A DNA stretch of 64,000 nucleotides from positions 8,636,345 through 8,700,344 of the forward strand of contig NC_037595.1 in the NCBI RefSeq assembly GCF_003073045.1, in the 5' to 3' direction. Numbering within the stretch: the first letter of the stretch is position 1; each line of letters begins with the position of its first letter. Source of the stretch: Pomacea canaliculata (Eukaryota). The notes beneath the pieces are model-generated. The model did no database searches. It was not told where the DNA came from and was given only the letters and a program-made list of their open reading frames with translations. Below, piece after piece: positions 26,001 to 38,000 of this stretch. The translations under genes were made by a program, and so were the position numbers.

Positions 26001-29000
26001 ACAAGTGCCGCCGGTCGTGCGGTGCGGGTGGAGGGGATATTATTTTGTTGGATCCTATGAGGCTGGGAGGCCGTCTCCATTTCCAGCTGCCTGACTCGTG
26101 CAGTCAGGCGATCTATCTCATCCTCCCTGTCTTCATTGCCCTCCTCCTCTCTCTCTACACGCTTTGCCGTCTTCAGTAGGTCGGCAAAGGAAGAGGACTC
26201 ATTGTCAGCCAGGTGTCTAGAAGTTTCCCGTCGAACATGACAATTCTTCAGCCCCTTCACAAACTGGGCCGCCAGGTGGATATTTAACATAGCGCCGCTC
26301 TGCAGGCTGTTTGCTTTTGCCTGCAAATTGCGGAGCGTCGTGGCATACTCATCAACGGACTCTTCATGCCGCTGTCGGCGGTTATAAAAACTGGCGATGA
26401 CATCGACGACATCTTTCCGTTCGCCGTACGCCTCAACCAACACATCCAAGATCTTTTTGGGTGTGTCGATAGCGTCATGCGGTTGCATCAATACTCGCCG
26501 TCTGGCCGGTCCCTCCAGCGCGTTGAGAACATAGACACACGCCGCATTCTGCGGCATCGGGTTCATAGTGAGAGCCCACTGAACTTCTCTTTGGAACTCC
26601 TCCACATTCGGTGTTGGTCCGCCGGCAAACTTTTGGAGGCGAAATAACTGATATGTGCGTAAAGCCTCTACTGGGCTGTCTCCGTCTTCAGCCATTGTGC
26701 ACTTTTTCCCGCTGACAAATAATCCTGCTCGCAGCGCCAATTGATGTAACCGAGTGTTGCGTGGTGAGGGGAGTAGAACAGTGACCACAACAGTCCAGCA
26801 CTCAAACCAGAAAGGCAGGAGCCTGTCAGCAGTTACACAATTCTTTTAATGCCAATAGATCTACAGTCACGGCTGCGTCGCTTGTCTCGCGTCTTCTCTT
26901 CGTAGTTTTCTCCCCTGTCCTTACGTCTCAGCTCTGCCCTTATATACCTCGCGGGTGTGTCACTTTTCGCGCTCTTTTGCATCAGCGTACTTTTCGCGCT
27001 CTTTTGTATCAGCATACTTTTCGCGCTCTTTCACAATCGTACCTTTACTTACTGGCATGCATTAGCATTTTCTGCCTAACAAGCGCTGGACTACCGGCCA
27101 TCTACATTACAAGTACTATGCATGTGTATATGTATATGTAGATATAAAGCAATTATTTAACCATTTTGCAATTTTTGGTTGCCTCTAGATTTAGTTTTAC
27201 AAAAGCTGCAAATGAGGTATTTGGAACTGAGAATGAATAGGGAATTTCACCACTTGGATATACTTTTTAACAAGATGTATTTTTTCAGGATCTTTCTGAG
27301 TACTGGTGCATAATTTATTTCATAATGATATCACTAATATAGATATATATAATTAAAGAGTTAAGCTCTTTTAGGACCATGTACATATCTGATTTAAAAA
27401 GTCTTATCCTACCTACACAGTCTGTAGCTGATTATGATCAGCTTCTATTATTTTTACATCATTCATGTCCTCACTGTACACTACTTTTCTGTACATTTTG
27501 TTTTCAGAAAAATGACCATAAATATCACCAACATTTATGCTGTTCAAAGACCCATTGAAGATGCACATTTTCAACATGATATGGACAACAAGCGTCATCT
27601 CTTCCATTCTTCAAAAGTAGAAAATTTTCTTGGGATACTTTCAAGGTTTGTTCAATTTATTCCCAATAAAGTGAAAAGGCTGTGACAGCTGTAATTTTTT
27701 TCAATCAGATGGAAAATATGTTGAAGACAATCTGTATCTTTATGGCAGAATGTCACTGGTTTGGAAGCTACGTAGAAAAAGCTCCGGAGAAAATTCCCCA
27801 CTCTCCAGAGGAAATGAGTATCTGATAATTCAATATCTAGTAGTATATATAAACCTTTTTGGTGTTGGACCAATGAAATGTTAAGAGATTGCACTTTTCT
27901 TGGGACCAGATTTTTGTGGATCAGTTGGAGGAAGTGCTGCACTAGCCAGTGCACGTCTTAGGGCTTGGAAGCCAATGCTCTAACTACTGGGCACTCTGCT
28001 TCCCTTACCTTTTACCAGGAGACATTTAGTTTATTGCATAACCTTGAAATATGAACAAAAGCAAACCCCAAAACATAAAATTGTATAATATCAGTGATCA
28101 GAGGTTGGTACAGTGTTATCAGATAAGCCTGCAAGTAGTTGAAATAGCATGTCTTGTATTTAAAGAAAATTTTTATCACAGAGGATTGCTCTTACCTAAA
28201 GTCGTGGCAGATGACTTTGGTGGCACTCGGACTGATGCTGGAATGCTTGGATGTGGAATCTACTTTGCTAGTGATGCAAGGTAGGTCTTACTGAAAATTA
28301 GAACTCTTGAAATAATATTATAAGCTTTTTTTCATGGTCTAGAAAATGGATAGTGTGTATTATAAGACAACTGGATCTACATCACTATTTAACTTAAAGT
28401 TTTTTACAAATGAGTGGTTAGTATGACGTTAAAGCATCAAACTTGTAGCACTCCGCTCCATAGAAAAACTCCTCAGTGTGAGGAATGTTATGTCAACCTT
28501 TCTTTCAAAGAAAAGGAAAAAAATCCCATGACCAAGCCCGGGCCCCCTTCACAGATTCGGGCCCGGTTACACCAGACCAGCTACACTTTTGCCCCCCTAC
28601 CTTATCAGGCCTGGCCATGTATGATGGGATAGGGACTGTACTTATGAAGTGAGAGTAAGTCGTTTTCCTATGGCAAAGTAAGGAACTAAAGGAAAAGCAT
28701 CTTGTTTCTGGTTGTAAGGCAGTGTTGAGACACTGCTTCATGTTTCCTTTTCCTATGATACCTCTGCCACTGCTCTATAACTATGGCTTCAGGGGTAAAA
28801 ACAACATCTGCAGGATCCAGACATCACTTATAACTTCAGAAACAAGATGTTTATTCTTGATTTGTCACCTTGCTCCAAGGCAGAGAGGATTACCCTCGCT
28901 TCATAACTATAGACCCTGATTTTCCCATAGTGCACTACAGGATAACAGGTATTATGAATCCTGGCCAGTGTCATAGGAAAGATGATCATTAGGCTAAGTG

Positions 29001-32000
29001 TTCAGTTTGTTCTTCTGCTATGTGTTTACTGCTACATGGTCAGTCCAAATGGCTTGATGAACAAGGTTGGTTTTTGTAACTCGGCGTTCAGTTTTAGATT
29101 TAGTACTTTACACCTATACAAGCATTCAGCTCTTCTGAAATTTTGACTCTTTACCAAGATGACTACAATTTTCCTTTTATATTATTTATCTAATGTTAAC
29201 AGTAATGAATGTGTTCATAGTTGAACTACATCACGTTTCAGTAAATCAGTATAATATTCGCAGAGCAATGAACTAATGATGGAGGCATACATTTTATTCA
29301 TCATTTTATCCAGCAAAAGTGCCCTGTACTCAACCCCAAGCAAAACTAAAGGAACAAGACTGTTGCTTGTGAATGAAGTAGCCCTTGGACAGTGTTATGA
29401 TTATACTGCTATTGACACCACTTTGACAAAACCACCTGAAGGATATAACAGTGTTCATGGTGTGGGAAAGAAAAATGATAACTCCTCACATTTTGAGGTA
29501 TGTCAAACATGGATCTGTTTACTGCAGTCATAGAGCTTTTTTCCTAAAAGTCTCTTTTTCATTTATAGAATTGAAGAATATAAACACTGAATAAATTTTT
29601 CATTGATGGACCTCCAGCAATGGTCAAAACTTCCTGCATGCACATCCTGTGTCCAGAACTTAATTCTTGATTGCGTTAAGTATTTTGGGGGGTATTTCTT
29701 CACTTAAGTGTTATTCATGATACCTGGCTCTTTTATATAACATGCTTTTAGACAATTATAGGAGATTAAAGCTTTGTATTCTACAGACATTTCTTTGTGG
29801 TTTGCAGGATGATGAATATGTTGTTTATAGTGTCAACCAGCAGAGATTGCGCTACTTAGTAGAGTTTACTATTAACCAGGAGCAGCCAAGAAGTATGGTG
29901 ACATTAGACAATGTTTTAATGGAAACAGAGGACTTGGTTTCCATGGAATCTTGTGAAATTGGTGAGATTGTTTACTAATCCCTGTTGAATCAATAGGAAG
30001 TAAAGTATTTTAGTGACAGAAAGTTTCTGTCCAAGACAAAAAAGCATTTGTATGTATTAACTCAATACTATGCAATTTTGGTAGAGCCAGAGAGTGTGCT
30101 GTTGATCACCAGCTGGACTTTGCAGTTATTTTGAATATTTTATACCCTATGATTGTTTACTGTTCTTGGCATGCAGCTGCTGCATTCAAAATAGGAATAA
30201 ACTCTAGAGCAACATACCTTGAAATTTATTATTTTTTTTTTATATGGCTCCATGACTGAGTTAATCGGGTAGTGTGGGAGAGACTATGCATGTGTGCATT
30301 CTATCATAGCTCTGGTATGTTGCTTAATATTCATTTTCCAACCCTACATTGATGGTTCCATCAAGAAAAAAATTCTTTCTACAGATCTTCATGATGTTCA
30401 GAATGTTCGAGATCCAGTGGAAAGTGTCAAACTAGGCCTTGTTGTGGAGAATCAGGAGGGTCTAGTGGAACTGAAGAGTGTTCACGTCAGAGCAAAACTT
30501 GTTGATTTGGCAGCTCAGGTCCTCTAGAGTTCTTTTGTGTAATTTTTAAAATCCAGATTCCCCTTTTTGTGTTTCATCTTTAATGTGCCTTTCATGAAGT
30601 CAGACTAATTAATTGTTATGACAATCTTACCAGTTTGCTTTTTAAAATTATTCATTATTCATTGATAAAGTCCTTTTAAGAGAATAACAAAAATCTCTAC
30701 ATTATGCTTTCATTCTTGGTATTGGTTTGAACTGGTTTTCATTATAAAATTGACAATGAATCATGTTTACACATTGTTCTTTATCTGTAGGTCACTGTCT
30801 TACAAGAATATGTCAACAACAGCATGTATCCAGTAGAGGCAAAGTATGTTTTCCCACTTGGCGATGGGGCAGCTGTGTGTGGCTTTGAGGCCTTCATCAA
30901 TGACAAGCACATTGTGGGAGAGGTAAAGGAGAAGGAGACAGCCCACAGGGAATACAAACAGGCCATCAGTGAAGGCCATGGGGCATACTTGATGGACCAA
31001 GATGAAGAGACTCCAGTATGTCTTGCGTAACTGTATATCAGCATTGATAGTTATAAGGCCACGTAAGAGAGAGAGAGACGGAGACAGAGATTTTGATAAT
31101 TCTTTATTAACACTGGTGTTTTATAATGTTGTGCCTTTTTCACAGGTTTTTCCCTAGAGAAAGAAAATAATTAGTTAAACAAGAGAATAATATTATAACA
31201 ATATGCATTGACCACCAAGAAGTCTCAAGAAAAGGAATATCTAAAAGAGAGAGGGAAAGAAAAAAGGATTTACATAGATGTATGTGTAGACTTATGAACA
31301 ATAAAGAAATCTTTTGAGGAGAAAAACGAGAGATAACACTCATTTCCCAAACTCTTGTATTATTTGAAATATCGCATCCATGATTTGACAATAAACCATA
31401 ACATAGTTATTCTTTTTCAGGATGTGTTTACAGTCAGTGTCGGCAACCTACCACCTGGCGCCACAGTGTTGATTAAGATTACTTACGTAGCTGAATTACA
31501 GGTAGAAGAGGAAATCATTAGCTTCAGGCTACCTGGCAGTGTGGCACCATGGAAGAAAGAGTCAGCAGGCAAAGAGAAGACACAGGTAGGTTGCTGCCTT
31601 TGAGTTAGTTAAAGTTTCATAAAGTTAATTAAATTTTTAAAGTATTGATTATGTTGTTTTTTTCTGAGGGTGTTCATGCTGATTGGAATGCAGTAACACC
31701 TTTCTTCCACTGCTGTTTGTTTTACTTAAAGGATAAGGTACTAAAATCTTTAAAATATTCAATGATATGCACGTTTTTGAGATTTGATATGATGTTGCGA
31801 GATGTGTTTTATCATCTCGTAAAATTTAATACAATCTGAACAATTAGAAGTACCTTTTGTTAAAAAAAAAACAACTTTATAGGCTTACCTGGTTTTCTCA
31901 AACTGCCTACTACTGTACTTTCACACTTCAAACCTCTATGACTCACTCAAATTTGGGACAAGAAGGACAAATCTGATATTAAACCTGTCGATTTTAAATT

Positions 32001-35000
32001 ATAAGGTTTTTAAAATCTCATATTTTGTTTAGGTAGGACTCATTTTGTAGTGGCAGGTCACATATTTTTGCTGCTTCCAGGACAAAACAAAAACTTTTAA
32101 GCTCAGTAGTGGGCAAGTCAGCATTCAAGTTGCTGTGGAGATGCCTTTTGACATCAAGAGTCTTGTCTGCCCTACCCATTTTGTGAGAATGAAGGTAATG
32201 TGCTTCCTGTCTGTTCACATTTTAACTTGGAACTTAACATTGGGTCTGATTCAAGTTTGCATCAATTACATGAGATGCCATTTTAACAAATCCTGTGTTG
32301 TCTCCTTTATGTAAAATTTTTAGTCTTTTTTCCCTCTAAAGTTATTGTGAAGGGATCTCGCTCAGAAAACTTGTTTCTTTGTTTTTATATGATGAACTCT
32401 GCTGGTATCAAAAGCAAACAACATCCCTTCAACTTTTTTCCCCATCTTTATTTTTCTGTATTTCTTTGGTAGGAAAAGATGATAGAATCAGGCTTACCCC
32501 ATTACTCACAATTGTTCTGTTGCTTACTCTTGTAAATAATAAATGTAAGCAATGTAACTAATAAAATGTAACCAATGTAAATAATAAATGAGCATTGATT
32601 TAATACTTCAAAATATATATGGATATAAATTATGAATTCACAGGGTCGTTTGTCGTGTCTGCTGTGATCCCTTGATTTTGTATGCCTTTTGCCAGAAAAC
32701 AGCCACCAAGGCAGTAATAGAACTGAAACCTGGCCAGGATATCCAGGAAGGGTTCCAGATTCTCATTGGTCTTGCTGAGATACATGTTCCTCGAATGTGG
32801 GTAGAACGACACCCTGATCAGCCAGATCATGAGGTACTCTCAAGAGGTGGAGGGAGTGGGGGTACAGAAAGAGTATGTCTTTTGTGCTTCTGTGTGTGTT
32901 TGCATATGTGTGTATTTGTAAGCGAGAATAGATATTTAGCTGTATATGAATTACTATTTACTATTACATTTATGGAGTATGAAAGCATGAATACCAGTGT
33001 TGATGAGTATGCATCTTTGTATAAGGTATTTGTCTTTCCTACCTTAATTATTTGACCATGACAGATTTAATTTTCTGTTTTTTTTGTATAGCAAATGTTC
33101 CAGGTTTGTTCATGTGTGTTTAGCAAGTTGTTAATGTTGTTTTTGGCTTCAATATAGGGGTATACATACTTGATTTTATCTTAGCTATTCCATCATTAAA
33201 AGTTTTTATGTAATATTTCTTTTCTTTATGTTATATGGACTGCAGGCCTGCATGCTGACCTTTTATCCAGAATTTGAAGTGGGGTCAGAGGTCAGTTCAG
33301 AATTGGTTCTGCTGCTGGATGTGTCAAATTCAATGAAAGGGGCATCACTCCAAAGTGCAAAGAAGTTAGCAAAGTTGATTCTTCTCACTATGGATGCCAG
33401 CTGGAAATTCAATGTTGTTGTATTTGGAACAAGTAAGTTCTGTATGTTTCTTTAAACATCTCATCTTTTTTTTTTTAAACAAGAGGAAAGACATGATCTT
33501 AATTTTTAGTTTACATAAACACATTTTTTAATTCTTGTGGGATATAAAAATGAACTGAACAAGTAGCTGATATATTCAAAAGGAAAAAAAGTTAAACTTT
33601 TGTAGTTTGAAAGGAGAGAGACTGAAGAATGCTCTAGACAAGATACTGAGGCAGGATTTCAACAGGGTAAATCATGCACAGACCATATTATTATTGAACA
33701 GTCCTTCGAATGGCAGTCACCACTCTACATCACCTTTGGGAATTTTGAGAAGGCTTTTGATTCCGTAGACAAGGAAGCCATTAGGAAGTTGATGGAGCAC
33801 TACGGATTGCCACCAAAGTTCATTGCTATCATCCATCAGCTGTATGAGGACTAGACATGCCAGGTGATCCATGATGGGAAGCTGACTGACTCCTTCGCAG
33901 TTAGGACTGGAGTGAGGCAAGGTTGTATGCTCTCGCCAACAATCTTCCTGATAGTCATAGATTGGATCATGAGAAGAACAACCTCTAGCAGCAATATGGT
34001 GGACTTTCACCAGGCAACATGAGGATCTCGACTTTGCGGATGACATCAGCCTGTTGTCCCACAAGCGGCAACACGCACAGACAAAGCTCACTCGACTCTC
34101 AGAAGAAGCAGCAATGACTGGCCTGACCATCAACATTAAGAAGACGGAGGTAATGCAAGTCGACAATAAGAAGCCCCACTACAACTACATTGGGAATGTA
34201 TTGCAGATTCTGACCATTTCACCTACCTTGGCAGTATAGTCAGCAAATATGGAGGTGCAGATGAAGATGTAAGAAGCCGAATAAATAAAGCCAGGCTTGC
34301 ATTCCACACCCTGCGACCTATCTGGAGCTCCAAGGCACTATCACTATCTCGATCTACACACCAAGATCCGCATCTTAAACGCAAATATAAAGTCAGTCCT
34401 TCTATACGGATCTGTGACATGGTGTGTGACAAATGCCATCCCCAACAAGATTCAGACATTTGTCTACAGATGTCTGCGCCACATCCTCAATATCAGATGC
34501 ACCCAGAAGATCTCCAACACAGACCTGTGGCAGAGAACTAACCAAAAACCTTCCAGCCAGAAGCGAAAGTGGGGCTGGATCGGTCACATTTTGTGAAAGC
34601 TGGCCGACAATTTAACAAGACAAACTCTGGGCTGGAACTCACAGAGGCAGCGCAGGGTTGGGAGGCCCAAACAGACATGGAGGAGATCAGTCCACAATGA
34701 GGCTGGCATGACATGGTCCCAACTGGAAAGGGGTGCCTAGAACCTGATCCAATGGCGTGGTGTAGTTGTGGCCTTATGCTCCACTGGGGGTGATTAGGAA
34801 CAAGAAGACAAGAAGAAGTCTGAAAGGAAAGTATCACAGAGAAAGCTTTTCTGTATTCAGCTTTCTTGTATTTTTAAACAGAATATTGTTAACATACTGA
34901 TTCTAGTTATCAACTACAGGCATTACCTGTTAAGGCAATAACTGTCAGAACTATGCAGAAGATAGCCCAAGTGCAGAATGTTTATGGTATTGCTATAAAG

Positions 35001-38000
35001 TAAAATCTGCAGAAAAGAGGTTAAAGTACTGTGCAATATTTTGAACATACTCATCTCATTCTTTTATGTCTTAATCTTCTTTGTTGCACCAATTTAGTTA
35101 TTACTTTTCTTTAAAATAAATTTTACAATTGTCAGTAGAATGTCCAAGTTTTTGCTTTCAGGATACAGTGAGCTATTTCCATGTGCTCGACCAAAAAATG
35201 AGACCACATTACAAGAAGCTGAAAAATTCGTACAGGTTCAAAAAATTGCCGATTATCATAGATTAAAGTAATTTTAAAGCTCATTTTGTTTTTGAAAAAT
35301 CAGTTCATGTCATAAAATTAATCTAAGAATAAAAAGGGATTTTTCGAACTAACGTGAACTAAAAATTACTGCTTGTTTAAACAGTTTTAAGTGTTAATCA
35401 AAATTTGTAAATTATAGATACAAATAGTGTATTAATTTTTTTCCTGAAACTTTATCATTACACCACAGTTCAGCATTTTGTTTATAAATAAACTAATAAA
35501 TACCATAAAAAGGACTTAATGGGACTATAATGCAATTTAATCTTGCAGCAAGCCCAAGCAGATATGGGTAACACTGAAGTGTTCCGACCTCTTCATGCTT
35601 ACTTCCTCTTGCCACCAGCTAACCAAGCCCTGAGAAATGTGTTCTTGATATCAGATGGTCATCTTAACAATGAATCTTCTGTGTTGAAGGATGCTAGCAA
35701 CAACTATCATCATACCCGCATCTTCACTTTTGGTGTCAGGTGAGAAAGATGGTAGACTGAGAAAGAGAAGAGGGGAGAGAGTTTGGAGAGAGAGAAGAAA
35801 TTAGAGAAGTAGGAGAGACATGAAGTGAGAAAGAATGTGAGAGGTAGAAGAGGGGAAAAGAAAAAGATAAGGGATGGGCAGAAATTATGTGCAGTCACCA
35901 ACAAGCATGTGCCCGTGTGCTGGCACACTTACAAAAACACACATGAACACACTTATAAACATAACCTTCATGACTCAATGTATAAATATGAACTGAACAA
36001 AGAGCTACTACTTATTGTGAATTAATTGTTTATGCATCAAAGGAAGGAAATGGAAGTTTTGCTTCTTTTTAATATGGATTGAAAATGAAGTTCACTTTTA
36101 ATCTTAGCTCATCCTGCAATGCCTACTCACTGCGAGCTCTTGCTCGCATATCTGCTGGCTCATTTGAGTTCTTTGACACCAAAGTCAAATCCAAATGGGA
36201 AGAAAAAGTGAAGGGCCAGCTGCGAAAAGCTGGCCAGCCAGGCCTGACATCTGTCCGTGTTGACTGGCGTCAGTATGATGACAATTTGCCACCACCTGTG
36301 CAAGCTCCATGCCGTATCACAGCATTGTTCAGTGGAGCTCGACAGGTCATCTATGGCTTTGTGCCCAATTGTACAATGGTGAGCGATGCTATGTTAATTT
36401 TTTATAGAACGTTTTAACAATTATTTTTATTATTCAGGGAATGAGATGACAGTGATTTCATTGGGAAAAACAGATGCAGGAGTTGAGGGAGAAAGAAAGA
36501 ATAACCATATTATGTTGGTATTTCTTCTGTTTCAGGCATTTCTTTCTGCTGTTGTGGGAGGTCAGGAAGTTTCTACAGTTGTGTCAACATCTGATCTTGC
36601 CATCACAACTGGATTGGTGAGATAATTAGCAAGCTATAGAGATGTGGATTTTGATTTCCTATGGATGTCTGGTCATTAGCATGATGGACTGATATAGAGA
36701 GAAGAGACGTAGTGTCCTGCAAGTCTAACTGAAATATGACTGTAGGTTTAAATTTTTTTCTGCATAGTAATGGAAATATGATTTTATAATATTTTAGTCT
36801 CTGGTGCTTGTTACTGTCTGTAAAGACTTCTTTAAAAAATGTCAACATTTAAAAATAATAGACAACAATCATATCAAGATATAGTGTGTGAGTGTGTTCA
36901 TGTCTGTACATATAAACATGAATGCATTTGATCAATTTATTTATTTCTTCTTACGTATTACTACAAAATTTTCAGAGAAGTAAGTGACAGTTTCTTGTAA
37001 AAATGTAAATTCTTAAATTAATAATTCTTTTGTATTTAAAAAAAAATGTTTCATTTCTGTGAAGGTTGTACACAGACTGACAGCTCGAGCTTTGATACAG
37101 GACTGGGAAACAGGAATGCTGTCTGATGACCGCACACATCATGAGGTTAGCATTGAGAACAAAGGAAAACCTCCCTTCTTTCCTGACATATTTTTGTCTC
37201 ATAGCAAAGTTACAAGTCTGCCCTTGCACCTGAAGCCTAGCATACACTTTAGATCTTGGAGCAGTGGTTTGAGACACAGTGTTAGGACAGTGCTATGAGT
37301 TGTTTCTCTGTTAATTTTACTTAACAACCCAACTATTAGGAGCTTTGGAGCTATAACTTCTCTTTAACCAAGTGACTACTACTCATGTTCTGTGGGGTTA
37401 GTGGTCCTGTCCTCAAGGAGTTCAACCACACCCTCAACCACAAGATAAATCTTTATAAAAAGTAATGAGCAATGCTTTTGTTTGGTTTATGGCCTACGCT
37501 AGATGCACACCTTGCTGTCATCATGCTCTTTAGTCTGTCCTACTGCTTGATTGCCTTTGTTTCTCAGCTGTTCGCTGGGGCTGTTTTTTTAATTGACAAT
37601 AACCATGGAGCATTTTTGTTTATGCTTTATTTTCCTGTACATTGTTGTCTGCCTTTTGGGTTGGTAAAGGGATCTAAAGATTGTATTATGTGTACATTAT
37701 ATACATTTTATCTATTCCCACTTAGTTATGTTTCCATGAATCAGAATACATAGTATGCAGATTTCTTTTTTTTACTGCTTTAAGCCAAAGGTGATTGTAG
37801 CCATGAAAATTAACTATGCTATTAAAGACAATCCTTAAGAATGAAGTGAGCATTCGTAATTCATCGCTAGTTTGTTCTGATTATCTGCAGGTGGTTCGAA
37901 TGGATGAAAACAGAATATCATTGAGCTGAGCAAGGAGTACTCCATAGTCACGCAGTTCACCTCCTTTATAGCTGTTGAAAAGCGGGACAAGGTGGGAATA

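Larger units (their letters stand above)
24287..27106 (-). mobile_element. Complete-looking LTR retroelement of about 2.82 kb. It has two identical 362 bp LTRs, a PBS, a PPT, a 4 bp TSD and a single gag-like ORF with no pol. It sits antisense in a PARP4 intron.
   Basis: Direct repeats 24287-24648 and 26745-27106 are identical as far as can be read. They start TGTA and end TACA (terminal inverted dinucleotides). The flanking 4 bp TTAC (24283-24286 and 27107-27110) is a target-site duplication, and joining the flanks gives tcttac|aagtac. In element (minus) orientation a PBS-like TGGCGCTGCGAGCAGG lies 5 nt after the 5' LTR (plus 26722-26744). A purine tract AGAGAAAGAGTTGGCGGGGA abuts the 3' LTR (plus 24649-24668). 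U3 carries three 27 bp tandem repeats (plus 26961-27043), then a TATATAAGG box (plus 26940-26948, minus-strand reading), then an ATTAAA poly(A) signal. The internal region is occupied by a single ORF. Confidence 0.8.

Noticed and set aside
25114-26179. Plus-strand ORFs of 65-158 aa (25114-25356, 25344-25541, 25501-25698, 25703-26179) overlapping the gag ORF.
   Set aside because: They are antisense to a well-supported long ORF in a GC-richer stretch where stop codons are rare in all frames. They have no recognisable motifs and their composition is low-complexity (Leu/Ser/Pro/Cys).
28505-28625. GC-rich segment (cccgggcccccttcacagattcgggcccgg...caggcctggcc) in a PARP4 intron, considered as another MITE or hairpin.
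   Set aside because: It has only short imperfect palindromes and no clear terminal inverted repeats or TSD, so there is not enough structure to call.
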